A stretch of DNA of 64,000 nt from an uncultured Hyphomicrobiales bacterium (GCA_964454975.1 CAYVVD010000016.1:5704-69703), one strand, 5' to 3'; counted from the stretch's first letter, positions 49,725-62,579 are shown. Notes: generated by a model not told the origin, from the letters alone. A program made the numbers and translations.

Positions 49725-52172
49725 GTGACGAAACTTCTACTCTCGTCAATATTCATCCTTGTTTTCATATTTCAACCATTTCTACGTGCTGTTGAACTAA
49801 ATGTAGATAAATACCAGTATTTATCTCCCCGGCCTGGTGCTGAATATGTTTCAACAATGAATAATATCATTATCAGGTATGGCGCACAATTAAAAGAAGA
49901 CCAGCAAATAGAGAACGAATTAATTGAAGTTACGGGAAGTATTAGTGGTATCCACAATGGAGATATAATACTCTACAAAGACAATAAAACCCTGATATTT
50001 AATCATAATTCGGAGTTTGAACCCGGAGAAATTGTGTCTGTAAAATTACAAGGCGGGCTCGAAACTGCTTCTGACGAAGTATTACCGGAACTTAAATATC
50101 AATTTATTATATCTTCGGGTATTCCTTCAATTCCTGATATAAAAATACCAAAGCAAAGCAAACCAAAGAAATCTGAATGGAAGCATATAAAAGTGTTGTC
50201 TGAATCAGGCTTCCCGGATGATTTCCCAACTATAACTACTGAAATTTATGGGAAACCGGCACCAGGTTACTATTTTTTCTCCAATTGGAACGATGACTTC
50301 CCTCTTGATGATTCAAAAAGTTCATATCTAACGATATGTGATGAATTTGGGACTCCAGTTTATTATCGAAAGACCATGCGCGGAGCAAGAGATTTTAGAA
50401 TAGTTCAAGACAATAAGGTATTGTTTTTTGAGCTAAGTGATTACCAGTATTGGTTCTGCGATATTAATTTTAATTTAGAGAAGAAACTATACCCGGGGAA
50501 TGGATATACCCCTGACAGCCATGATTTAAAGCTGATGTCAGACAGCAATTATTGGTCAATGATGTATGATAAGCAGTATATTCCAATAGAAGAAGAACCC
50601 GTTAATCTTGGTATGCATGCTGTAGTTGAAGGATTTGTGATCCAGGAATTGACTTACAACGGTATGGTTATATTCCAGTGGAGAAGTTGGGATAATTTCG
50701 GTTTGTTTGATGGAAAGTTAGGGGCTGAAGATTTTAATGATTCGTCTATTGTATATGATTTATATCATATTAACTCCATCGAGGTAGATTCTGACACATC
50801 CGCTATCATCTCTTGCAGGCATTTGGATGAAGTTACAAAAATTGACAGAAGAACAGGTGAGATTCTTTGGCGCCTGGGCGGGAAGAAGAATGAATTTGAA
50901 TTTATCAACGATGAAAGAAGATTTTCTCATCAGCATGATGCACGTGTACTGCAAAACGGCTTATTGACATTATTCGATAACGGGAATAGCCATCAACCTC
51001 CCGAAAGTTCAATTGTCGCATATAAAATAGATGACAGGTTCAAAACTGCAGAATCCATGTATAGATATGGATACAAAGATTACAAATATTCAGGAGCGAT
51101 GGGAAACGCCCAGACATTGGAAAACGGGAATATAATCGTTGGATGGGGATATATGCATTCACCTCCACACATAAGCGAATTAGATGAAGACGGTAATATT
51201 ATTGTCAACCTTGACATCAATGCAATCAGTTACAGGGCTTATAAATTTAATTGGAAAACCACGCTTTTTGAGACAGATATAGAATACTACGATTGGGGGA
51301 TTGTAGAGCCCGGAACAAAGGACATTTTGGAAATTGAGATAATCAATAACCAGGATATCCCGATTACAATTTCGGGTTATCATAATCATCTTGAAGATTA
51401 CAGAATAATTGAAAGCTTCCCTTTAGAAATTGATGCCAATAGCAGTACTGTTGTTTCATTAGAGTATGAAAGCAAAAGTATCGGCAAAGCATACGATATA
51501 TTAACATTCAACTACGACGTTGATTCTTCAAGATTCGCACGCCAGGTAGAAGTTAGTGCATTGGTGCATTCCGGAGCAGAACCCATTGTCAGCTTTCTTC
51601 CGGAAAAGGGAAGCACTAACGTAAGCACCAAAGAAAAAGTTATTATACTTCTATCCGAAGCAGTTAAATCCGACTCTGCGGAGCTCTGGCCCATTAATAT
51701 CAGTAAATACTTTTACTTTAGAAAAGGTAGTCCCGATGGAGAAGATGTACCATTCGATGCTAAAGTAAACCCGGGAAAAACAGAGGTTGAATTAATCCCC
51801 AGAACTGATTTAGAGGATGACAAGCTGTTTTTTGTAGGATTAAAACAGCCCCTTCTTGATTATGCAGGCAACAAGCTTGAAAAGGGAACATCGCACTTTT
51901 CCACCGGTAAATTGACTTCAGTTCCAATCCATGAGTCAAATGATAATATATCGGTTTTTCCAAATCCTGTGAATGATTTTGTCAATTTTGAAGTAAAGAA
52001 TGATGAACTCAATAAAATCGAATTGATTGATATTCAAGGCCGGATTCTTTTTGAAACAATAACTTTCCCCGCCTTCTCTATTGATCTGAGCAGCTATAGC
52101 ACGGGGATTTATTATCTGCGATTCCTTTTTTCTGATGGCAATGTTGCCGTTTCATGTATTGTTAAGAATTAG
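49725..52172 (+). CDS. Arylsulfate sulfotransferase (ASST-like) paralogue with Ig-like domains and T9SS CTD
   Basis: DSHDL, FQWRSWD, HINSI, SCRH, WRLGGK, HQHDAR, LFDNG; FPNPV...TGIYYL CTD; colinear with the upstream gene. Confidence 0.85.
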   Translation: MTKLLLSSIFILVFIFQPFLRAVELNVDKYQYLSPRPGAEYVSTMNNIIIRYGAQLKEDQQIENELIEVTGSISGIHNGDIILYKDNKTLIFNHNSEFEPGEIVSVKLQGGLETASDEVLPELKYQFIISSGIPSIPDIKIPKQSKPKKSEWKHIKVLSESGFPDDFPTITTEIYGKPAPGYYFFSNWNDDFPLDDSKSSYLTICDEFGTPVYYRKTMRGARDFRIVQDNKVLFFELSDYQYWFCDINFNLEKKLYPGNGYTPDSHDLKLMSDSNYWSMMYDKQYIPIEEEPVNLGMHAVVEGFVIQELTYNGMVIFQWRSWDNFGLFDGKLGAEDFNDSSIVYDLYHINSIEVDSDTSAIISCRHLDEVTKIDRRTGEILWRLGGKKNEFEFINDERRFSHQHDARVLQNGLLTLFDNGNSHQPPESSIVAYKIDDRFKTAESMYRYGYKDYKYSGAMGNAQTLENGNIIVGWGYMHSPPHISELDEDGNIIVNLDINAISYRAYKFNWKTTLFETDIEYYDWGIVEPGTKDILEIEIINNQDIPITISGYHNHLEDYRIIESFPLEIDANSSTVVSLEYESKSIGKAYDILTFNYDVDSSRFARQVEVSALVHSGAEPIVSFLPEKGSTNVSTKEKVIILLSEAVKSDSAELWPINISKYFYFRKGSPDGEDVPFDAKVNPGKTEVELIPRTDLEDDKLFFVGLKQPLLDYAGNKLEKGTSHFSTGKLTSVPIHESNDNISVFPNPVNDFVNFEVKNDELNKIELIDIQGRILFETITFPAFSIDLSSYSTGIYYLRFLFSDGNVAVSCIVKN

Positions 52173-52236
52173 ATTTTATCATTACGAATAAATGCTTTAT
52201 TTTCGTTTCCCTTGATAGATAATCTGTAATACATGA

Positions 52237-53142
52237 ATGAACAGCGAAGAATTAAAACAGCAGCTAAGAGGCAGGGACAGAGTTTGCAGGGCAATATCTG
52301 AAGACGGTAATTTCAGGATTGCAACAATAAAAAACACAGTTGCTGCAAGGACAGCCCAGGAGAAGCACAAGCTAAACCACATTTCTGCATTTTTGCTTGC
52401 AAGAACACTCGCTGCATCTTCTATGCTCGCTGCTTTTCTGAAGGGAGAAGAGCGAATAATTATTGAATTAGATGGCAATGGGCCTGTTGAGAAAGTATTT
52501 GCAGAGGCAATTCAAGTAGGCGAAGTGCGTGGCTTCGCACAATTATCTCAAAAACAAGGCAACTTAGTAATTGAAGATATATCTCAGGCAATAGGCATTG
52601 GATTATTAAAAGTATCCCGGTTATTATACGATAAACCACAGCCAGTGCAAGGAATTGTGAATCTGCAAAAGGGAGATGTAGCCTCCGACCTGGCATTTTA
52701 TTTCAATCAAAGCGAGCAGATGCCTTCCACAGTAATTCTCGATGTTTCTATTGACGACACAGGTATAATAAATGAATCAGGCGGAATGATTTTACAAGCT
52801 ATGCCGGGAGCTACGCCAGAGCAATTAAAGCAAGCTTACGAGCACTTGACGAACATCCCCCCGGTAACAGAATTATTGAAAAATGAATCTACTCCTGAAG
52901 GAATCCTGAACCATCTCCCTTTCCCTTGCAAAGTTCTCAGCCAGTCTCCTGTTGATTTCTTTTGCAGGTGCTCCAAAGAAAACTTTCTGTCGAAGCTGAT
53001 GACACTCGGAATAGAAGAGATTAAGGGTATGCAGGAAGATGGTTCTAACGAACTTGTATGCCGCTATTGCAATGAGAAATATTATATAGGTGAAAACGAT
53101 TTTACTTCAATGATTGAAGCTATGCATGCGAAAAGAAATTAA
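52237..53142 (+). CDS. hslO: Hsp33 redox-regulated chaperone
   Basis: GNGP...VRG, YF.QSEQ.P, GG.ILQAMPG, zinc motif CRCS...CRYC. Confidence 0.95.
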   Translation: MNSEELKQQLRGRDRVCRAISEDGNFRIATIKNTVAARTAQEKHKLNHISAFLLARTLAASSMLAAFLKGEERIIIELDGNGPVEKVFAEAIQVGEVRGFAQLSQKQGNLVIEDISQAIGIGLLKVSRLLYDKPQPVQGIVNLQKGDVASDLAFYFNQSEQMPSTVILDVSIDDTGIINESGGMILQAMPGATPEQLKQAYEHLTNIPPVTELLKNESTPEGILNHLPFPCKVLSQSPVDFFCRCSKENFLSKLMTLGIEEIKGMQEDGSNELVCRYCNEKYYIGENDFTSMIEAMHAKRN

Positions 53143-53157
53143 ATCAAATCAAAATTT

Positions 53158-54492
<1,335 letters not shown>

Positions 54493-54530
54493 TTACGAAA
54501 TAATAGGCACTGTCTCAAACGATTTTGAAC

Positions 54531-54566
54531 AAAAAAATGCCTTGCCCCATTATTAGGAGCAAGGCA
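54531..54566 (-). terminator. Intrinsic terminator of the secD-secF-STAS unit
   Basis: TGCCTTGC...GCAAGGCA stem; plus-strand A7 gives the minus-strand U tract. Confidence 0.7.
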
Positions 54567-54578
54567 ATTAAAACAAAT

Positions 54579-54959
54579 CTATATAGAGTTAATAGCCTCT
54601 TCGATGGAATCATTCATCCTTAAGACTTTGTCCAGGTGAGTCATTTCCATCAGCTCTTTTACTTTTGATGAGGGGTTCGCAATCAGCAGTGGTATATCCT
54701 GTTTCCGGAGAGTTGAAAGGGCACTGACTAACATTCCAAGCCCGGAGCTGTTTATCAACGAAACTTTTCCCATATTTATGACAACAGCTTTGGGACTCGA
54801 AACGTGCAGATTATGTATGATCTCAGTAAATTCCATAGCTTCTGCTCCGCCCAAGACTTTTTCGCCAAGTTCAATAACAGCAATCCCATCCCGAATCGAA
54901 TAAGTATAACCCTTACTTTCATCAATATTAGGCTTTCCCGGTTGCAGCTTCTTTAACAT
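54579..54959 (-). CDS. STAS-domain anti-sigma factor antagonist
   Basis: VVINMGKVSLINSSGLGMLVS phosphoacceptor motif, MTHLDKV; start uncertain (overlaps secF). Confidence 0.85.
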   Translation of the reverse strand: MLKKLQPGKPNIDESKGYTYSIRDGIAVIELGEKVLGGAEAMEFTEIIHNLHVSSPKAVVINMGKVSLINSSGLGMLVSALSTLRKQDIPLLIANPSSKVKELMEMTHLDKVLRMNDSIEEAINSI

Positions 54960-55872
54960 TAATACCTTTTGAAAGATCAAGTTTACGTACTTTTTCAAGG
55001 TAGAAAATCACGAAAGAGCTTGCAATGTAAATCGAAGAATAAGTACCTGTGATAATACCGATAAGCATTGTAATCGCAAATCCTTTGAGCACAGGGCCGC
55101 CAAACGCAACAATAGTTACAAGTACAAGCATAGCAGTAAATACTGTGTTGATTGTACGGCTAAGAGTTTCATTTATACTTAGGTTTACCATTTTAATAAA
55201 GTTCATGCCCTTGTGTTTATCCCGGTTCTCGCGTATCCTGTCGAAGATAATCACCGTATCGTTGATTGAGAAACCGACAACAGTCAGCATACCTGCGAGT
55301 ATGGTCTGGTCTATCTCAAGACTTACAATCCCGAGATGATGAATAATTACTATGAAGCTAAATGTTACAACGATATCATGAAGAAGTGCTGTAACAGCCC
55401 CAAGTCCGAATGTGAATTCAAACCTGAAAGCAATATAAAGCAGGATAGCAAGTACTGAAAGGATAACCGCGATAAAAGCATTAAAGCGTAATTCATCGCC
55501 AATTTTCGGGCCTACTTTGTCAACCTTTATGATTTCATCAAAATCCGTGAATTTGTCTTTTAGCAACTGAGTAAGCCTTTCAGGGCCTTCTCCTGACTCG
55601 CGGATCCTGATTAGATACTGGTTGTCTCCGCCAAATGATTTTATTTCACTTCCGGTGAAACCGGCGTTTTCAACGACAGAGCGAATCTGGTTAGCTTCGA
55701 TAGTTGTTTTAAATTTAACAGCTACTTCTGTTCCGCCTTCGAAATCAATACCATACACAGGCCCAAGGAAGATGGTTGCCAGCACACCACCAACTATTAT
55801 AACAAGCGAAACAAAAAAGAAAATCTTCCTGCTGCCGACAAAATTAATATTCGTATTATCAAAATATCTCAT
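54928..55872 (-). CDS. secF: Protein translocase subunit SecF
   Basis: GIDFEGG, VGPKIG, YIAFRF, HD, GFSINDTVIIFDRIRE, TLSRT, GTYSSIYIA. Confidence 0.97.
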   Translation of the reverse strand: MRYFDNTNINFVGSRKIFFFVSLVIIVGGVLATIFLGPVYGIDFEGGTEVAVKFKTTIEANQIRSVVENAGFTGSEIKSFGGDNQYLIRIRESGEGPERLTQLLKDKFTDFDEIIKVDKVGPKIGDELRFNAFIAVILSVLAILLYIAFRFEFTFGLGAVTALLHDIVVTFSFIVIIHHLGIVSLEIDQTILAGMLTVVGFSINDTVIIFDRIRENRDKHKGMNFIKMVNLSINETLSRTINTVFTAMLVLVTIVAFGGPVLKGFAITMLIGIITGTYSSIYIASSFVIFYLEKVRKLDLSKGINVKEAATGKA

Positions 55873-55891
55873 TTCAAATCACTCCGCCTGA

Positions 55892-58006
55892 TTATGCATT
55901 TGCTGTTTTGGGCTGGCCAAATCCAAAGTTTGTAGAACCGCCCGATGTAGAAATCTCGATTATTGCCCTAGATACCATAATACCTGTAAACAGCGTTCCA
56001 AAAATACCAATAATGAGTGTCAATGCGAATCCCTGGATGGGTCCGCTACCAAATGAATAAAGTATGATACCGGTGATACCGGTTGTTATGTTTGAATCCA
56101 CAATGGCACTTAAAGCTTTGCTGAATCCTTCGTCAATTGCTGAACGCAATGTCCTGCCATTAGATAATTCCTCCCGGATACGTTCAAATATCAGGATGTT
56201 TGCATCCACCGCCATGCCTATTGTCAGGATGATACCTGCGATACCCGGAAGTGTTAAGGTGCCTTCGAGAGCAGATAAAACAGCAAGTACCAGAAGAACG
56301 TTGAGCATAACCGCAAAGTCAGCGACCAGCCCACCTCGGGAATAGTAAATGAACATGTATAGTATCACAAGAATAAATGCAATACCGCTTGCAAACAGTC
56401 CACTGTTGATTGAGTCTTCTCCAAGCGAAGCTCCAACAACTCTCTCTTCGATTATTTTAACCGGAGCCTTCAAAGCGCCAGCTTTTAATACTATTTGAAG
56501 TAGATTGGCTTCTTCAAAGTTCGCCATGCCGGTTATCTGAGAGCTTCCGCCGGTAATCCTGTTTTGAACCACGGGGGCAGAATAAACTCTTTCATCGAGG
56601 ACAATAGCTATTTGCTCGCCTACATTATTGCCTGTAATTACAGCCCAACGATCTGAACCTTCGTCATCCATAGACATGTTTACAACAGGCCTGCTTGTAG
56701 TAGGATCTAAAGTTGCAGTTGCATTTGTAATTGCTTCACCCGTCATTTCCGGTTCATCTTTAAGGATATAAATCTCGTAAACGTCGAATTCAGGATTTTC
56801 GCCGGTTTGTTTGTTTATAGGCTTGGCGCCTACTGCAATCTGAACATCTACAGGAAGAAACTGCTTAATATTTGCTCTTCTGAGAATATCTTCGAACCTG
56901 GAGATGTCTTTCTTAAGTATCCTGAAGTAATAATTACCTTCAGGGAAATTAGCTATTTGATAACCAACATTTTGCAACTGCTGGCGAGGGCCTTGAGCGA
57001 AAAATGTAGAAAACATACTTGTGAACGGATGGTCTTTTAAGTAGGCTTCCTGCGCCTCTTTCTCACCCAGTCCGGCATATGGATCATTTATCGTGTCCGC
57101 CTTAGAAGTATCCGCAGCGACTGCAGTAGTGTCTTTTTTGCTTGTATCTGCTTCGGCCACGTCAACTTCAGTGCCCGTTTCAGATGTTGTATCAACTACT
57201 GCTGAATCTGCCGGTTCCTCAATAATTTCTTCTTTGCCTGCGAGGAACTCGTCTATCTTTTTGAAAGCCCTTACGATTTTCTGGTCATTTTTCAGAAGTT
57301 TGAATTCGAGGCGAGCTGTAGTCTGAAGCAGCTTTCTCATTTCTGTTTCGTTAGTAACACCCGGTAGCTCAAGCAAAATACGCCTGCTTCCCTGAACCTG
57401 GATATTAGGCTCCGAAACACCATACTTGTCAATTCTTTGTCTGATAACTTCTTTAGCCTGATCGATAGCCTGGTTGGCATTCTCTTCAAGCCTTTCAATG
57501 ATTTTTTCTTCAGACACATCTTTGAAATCAATGACATCGAAATATGAAATCAGTGATTTCCCTTTTGGCTTGGCAATTTTTTCGAAGTTTGCGTAGAAAA
57601 CATCAATAGCAGCTTCTTCGGATTCGACCAAATCCTGCTCTGTCTTCTCAATAACTTCGAGGAAAGTTTCATCAATGGTCTCTTTTAATGCAGCTTCTTC
57701 TATGAGCTTGATTACATCAACTTCCAGAGTAACATACATGCCGCCCCTTAAGTCGAGACCAAGTTTCAGAGCGTTGTTTTTTGCATTCTGAAGGTCTTCG
57801 CCGTATGCATCATAAAATTCATCGATTCTGTTAATTGAGTCCTGAATTCCTTTTTCAGGATTTTTAGCTGCTATCTCTTTTGCTTCTGCAAGCGCCTTGT
57901 CTTCCTTTTCCTTTAGCTGTTCAGCCTGGTAAGTCGGATAAAGAACATATATTGCAAGCGCCAGTGGCAAAAGCACTAACAGGTACTTGCCTAAATTCTT
58001 CTTCAA
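55892..58006 (-). CDS. secD: Protein translocase subunit SecD
   Basis: LGLDLRGG, RIDKYGVSEP, ELPG, AIVLD, LTLPGIAG, GMAVDANILIFERIRE, DSNITT; TTG start. Confidence 0.97.
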   Translation of the reverse strand: MKKNLGKYLLVLLPLALAIYVLYPTYQAEQLKEKEDKALAEAKEIAAKNPEKGIQDSINRIDEFYDAYGEDLQNAKNNALKLGLDLRGGMYVTLEVDVIKLIEEAALKETIDETFLEVIEKTEQDLVESEEAAIDVFYANFEKIAKPKGKSLISYFDVIDFKDVSEEKIIERLEENANQAIDQAKEVIRQRIDKYGVSEPNIQVQGSRRILLELPGVTNETEMRKLLQTTARLEFKLLKNDQKIVRAFKKIDEFLAGKEEIIEEPADSAVVDTTSETGTEVDVAEADTSKKDTTAVAADTSKADTINDPYAGLGEKEAQEAYLKDHPFTSMFSTFFAQGPRQQLQNVGYQIANFPEGNYYFRILKKDISRFEDILRRANIKQFLPVDVQIAVGAKPINKQTGENPEFDVYEIYILKDEPEMTGEAITNATATLDPTTSRPVVNMSMDDEGSDRWAVITGNNVGEQIAIVLDERVYSAPVVQNRITGGSSQITGMANFEEANLLQIVLKAGALKAPVKIIEERVVGASLGEDSINSGLFASGIAFILVILYMFIYYSRGGLVADFAVMLNVLLVLAVLSALEGTLTLPGIAGIILTIGMAVDANILIFERIREELSNGRTLRSAIDEGFSKALSAIVDSNITTGITGIILYSFGSGPIQGFALTLIIGIFGTLFTGIMVSRAIIEISTSGGSTNFGFGQPKTANA

Positions 58007-58085
58007 TTATCTCCCTCCGGTAATTCAATCAATTCTTATGCAGCGTAATTTTTTAATAAATCGCTTAGTCAAAATTTTAGAAACA

Positions 58086-58093
58086 CAAAAATA
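58086..58093 (-). promoter_or_regulatory. TAnnTTTG -7 promoter element upstream of secD
   Basis: Minus-strand TATTTTTG about 80 nt before the secD start. Confidence 0.4.
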
Positions 58094-58150
58094 GCTTTAA
58101 TAAATCAAAATAACAATGAAATTAAAATTTTGTTTCCGTTGGATATAGTA

Positions 58151-59668
58151 TTATTTCAGGAATATTGAGGCTTCAGGTCCAGGTGGGATATCGAATATAA
58201 TCCATAGTGCGAGGAAGGCACCCCATACTAGAAACAGGAAAAATGAATAGGGTAACAGTGAACCAACAAGCCTGCCAAAGCTCATTTCTTTATCATAGTG
58301 TTTTGCAAAAACTATTACGATTGGGAAGTAAGGAAGCAAAGGAGTAATGATATTGGTAATAGAGTCTCCTACCCTGTATGCAAGTTGGGTAGCCTCCGGT
58401 GAAATACCAGTTAGCATCAGCATCGGCACAAATACCGGTGCGAAAACTGCCCATTTAGCTGACGCGCTGGATACAAAAATGTTCATTATTGAAGAAAAAA
58501 TGAAAAAAACAATTAGTAACATTGGCCCTTCAAGTCCTGCAGCTTTGAAAGCGTTAGCGCCATTAACTGCAAGCACAAGGCCTATATTAGACCAGTCGAA
58601 GTATGCCACAAATTGTCCTGCGGCAAATGCGAGTATTATATAAGCCCCCATTGTTTTCATGGCATCTGATGCCATTCCGGCAAGGTCGTGGTTATTCCTT
58701 ACTGTCCCCGATGCAATACCATACACAGTGCCGCAAATAAAAAAAATTACCATTATCAGCGGGACAATGCTCCTGTAAAAAGGAATAAGCGTACCGCCTT
58801 CGCCTCTGAAAATGCCATTCTCCGGAATCACTGATAACAAAAGGAGAATATTTATTATAATAAAAGCAATCCCTGAATACCTGAGTCCCCTTATTGATTC
58901 AGTACTTATTTCTTCGAGAGTATCCTTTTCATCACTTTCATATTGAGCAAGCCTTGGCTCAACTATTTTATTTGTTACCCAGGTGCAGATTATCGTAATA
59001 ATAAAAACCGATGGGATCATGAAGTAGTAGTTTGCTGTCGGGTAAACTTCGTAAGAAGAATCTACAATCCGTGCTGCCGGTTCGGTAAAACCTGAAAGCA
59101 AGGGATCAAGGGCTGTTATAAATAGATTAGCACTAAAACCGGCGCAAACAGCCCCGAAAGATGCACATATCCCTGCAATTGGATTTCTGCCGATGCTTTT
59201 GAAAATTAATGCTGCGAGAGGTGGCAGTACAACAACACCTGAATCAGCCATAAGCGAACTGTTTACAGATGCGAATATAATTGCCGGAACAACAAAGCTT
59301 CCTGGGAAAACACCTATCATCCTCTTTAACAATGCTTCGAACATTCCACTTTTCTCAGCGACTCCAATACCAATTACAGTTACTAACACCAAGCCAAGCG
59401 GAGGGAACCCGGTGAAATTTGTTACCGCATCCGTGAACATCCTCTGAATTCCGGTTTTGGAAAGTAAGTTAAAAACGAAAACTTCCTCACCTGTTCCGGG
59501 ATGGATAACGGATGTATTTAATGAGGCAAATAGCCAGGAGAGAATTATTGTTAATATTGCAAGGCCGGAAAAAATGAAAAATGGGTCAGGCAGGTAATTT
59601 GCAGTTTTCTCTACGAACAGGAGAAATCTGTCAAAAAACTTGTATTTTAATCCTTTTTTAGATGGCAT
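58151..59668 (-). CDS. AbgT family transporter (p-aminobenzoyl-glutamate/MtrF-like)
   Basis: N.LPDP, NFTGFPPLG, GRNPIAG, GFSAN, ANYYF, SASAKW, YRVGDS.TNIITP. Confidence 0.93.
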   Translation of the reverse strand: MPSKKGLKYKFFDRFLLFVEKTANYLPDPFFIFSGLAILTIILSWLFASLNTSVIHPGTGEEVFVFNLLSKTGIQRMFTDAVTNFTGFPPLGLVLVTVIGIGVAEKSGMFEALLKRMIGVFPGSFVVPAIIFASVNSSLMADSGVVVLPPLAALIFKSIGRNPIAGICASFGAVCAGFSANLFITALDPLLSGFTEPAARIVDSSYEVYPTANYYFMIPSVFIITIICTWVTNKIVEPRLAQYESDEKDTLEEISTESIRGLRYSGIAFIIINILLLLSVIPENGIFRGEGGTLIPFYRSIVPLIMVIFFICGTVYGIASGTVRNNHDLAGMASDAMKTMGAYIILAFAAGQFVAYFDWSNIGLVLAVNGANAFKAAGLEGPMLLIVFFIFSSIMNIFVSSASAKWAVFAPVFVPMLMLTGISPEATQLAYRVGDSITNIITPLLPYFPIVIVFAKHYDKEMSFGRLVGSLLPYSFFLFLVWGAFLALWIIFDIPPGPEASIFLK

Positions 59669-59707
59669 TACAGAAATTAAGAAAAATTAGAAACTGTTCA
59701 TAGCAGC

Positions 59708-60989
<1,282 letters not shown>

Positions 60990-61011
60990 TCTTAGAATAA
61001 ATATGAAGAAG

Positions 61012-61043
61012 AAGGATTGCCCTGATATTGGGTAATCCTTTTT
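61012..61043 (+). terminator. Intrinsic terminator after ferredoxin
   Basis: AAGGATTGCCC-tgatatt-GGGTAATCCTT plus T run. Confidence 0.75.
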
Positions 61044-61053
61044 ATTTTGCACA

Positions 61054-62565
61054 ATGCATTTTGTTGGAACAATTTATATCGAAAAGGGAATTATCAAATC
61101 CACAATACCAGGAGATAAACTTCAAATATTCTCCGACGGTGGTTTAGTTTTTTCCGGCAACGGCTTCGCCTACCCGGGTTTGGGTGATAGTCACGGCCAT
61201 GTAACACCGCTCGGAATGGCACACTACGAGCTTGACTTGAGTAACACAACGAGTGCAGAAGAGTGTTGCAGCCTGGCACTAAATCATAATTTCTACAAAG
61301 AGGGCTGGATTCATGGCAGAGGCTGGAACCACGAGCTATTCAATACTCCTGAGTTCCCGGATAAAAAAATACTGGACCATTACTTTCCAGATATACCTGT
61401 TTACTTTACACGCATAGACGGACATGCAGCCTGGGCCAACAGCAAAGCGTTGGAAATTGCCGGTATTAGTTTAAATTCTACTAATCCGACCGGAGGTGAA
61501 ATAGTAAAAGATAAATCAGGTAATCCAACAGGAATAATTGTTGATAATGCAATGAACCTTGTTCTAAAGCACATACCTGACTGGGACACCGAGCAATTAA
61601 GTATGTTCTTTAATAGAGCTTGTGATTTGCTTTCGGATTCAGGCCTTACGAGTGTCCACGACATGGATGTTAATCCCGGATTGATTAAAATTTTAGCAGA
61701 AGTCGGAGCATTTGAACAAATACCACTCAATGTAATTGCTTATGTAAGCGCTCAAAATGACGAATATCCGGAATTAGAAGGAGGGTTTCAAAAAAACGGG
61801 CGATACATTGTAAGAGGAGTGAAATTTTATGCCGACGGAGCGCTGGGCTCTAAAGGAGCTGCACTTCTAAACGGGTATAGAGATGACAGAGAAAACAAAG
61901 GGTTGCCATTAATTGACGAAGAAAATCTGTATGAAAAGGCATCCTGTGCAATAGAAAAAGGATTCCATGTGGCTACACACGCAATTGGTGATGCAGCAAA
62001 CAGGCTTGTTATTAATGTTTATGAAAAATTAAGGAAATCCTACCCTGAAGCCATTTTACGGATAGAGCATGCACAGATAGTCCATCCTAACGACATCCAT
62101 CGTATGGCTGACTTAAATATCCACGCTGCCGTTCAACCAATACATTGCATTAGCGATGCTAAAATGGCTGAGAAACGCCTCGATAATGAAACATTAAAAA
62201 GGGCATATCCCTGGAAATCTCTGCTTGATGCCGGGGTATTAATGGCAGGAGGTTCTGATTTCCCCATTGAATCTTATAATCCACTTTTGGGAACAGATGC
62301 TTTTGTAAACAGAAAGCCGAAGGGCAGGCCTGCATGGTACCCGGATGAAAGAATAAGTATAGCCAGTGCAATCGAAGCATACACATCTAATGTAAATCAT
62401 ATTTGCGGAGCCGCCTCAACTGCAATTTCAGCAGCTCAGCCAGCAAACATAACTATACTAGATAATTCATTGGAAAACACTCCAACAGATAAAATAAGCG
62501 CAATTAAACCATTGTGTACGGTAATAAATGGTAAAATTGGATACAATTCTTTAAAAATGGCTTAA
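61054..62565 (+). CDS. Amidohydrolase family 3 (YtcJ-like)
   Basis: PG..DSHGH, G.GW, R.DGH..WANS.AL, KFYADGALGS, HAIGD, RIEHAQ, GSDFPIE. Confidence 0.92.
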   Translation: MHFVGTIYIEKGIIKSTIPGDKLQIFSDGGLVFSGNGFAYPGLGDSHGHVTPLGMAHYELDLSNTTSAEECCSLALNHNFYKEGWIHGRGWNHELFNTPEFPDKKILDHYFPDIPVYFTRIDGHAAWANSKALEIAGISLNSTNPTGGEIVKDKSGNPTGIIVDNAMNLVLKHIPDWDTEQLSMFFNRACDLLSDSGLTSVHDMDVNPGLIKILAEVGAFEQIPLNVIAYVSAQNDEYPELEGGFQKNGRYIVRGVKFYADGALGSKGAALLNGYRDDRENKGLPLIDEENLYEKASCAIEKGFHVATHAIGDAANRLVINVYEKLRKSYPEAILRIEHAQIVHPNDIHRMADLNIHAAVQPIHCISDAKMAEKRLDNETLKRAYPWKSLLDAGVLMAGGSDFPIESYNPLLGTDAFVNRKPKGRPAWYPDERISIASAIEAYTSNVNHICGAASTAISAAQPANITILDNSLENTPTDKISAIKPLCTVINGKIGYNSLKMA

Positions 62566-62579
62566 TTATTGATTATATT

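Noticed and set aside
42171-52236. Possible integrative island at ssrA
   Set aside because: No integrase or transposase, and I saw no duplicated ssrA 3' end (att site) by eye; an exact repeat search would settle it.
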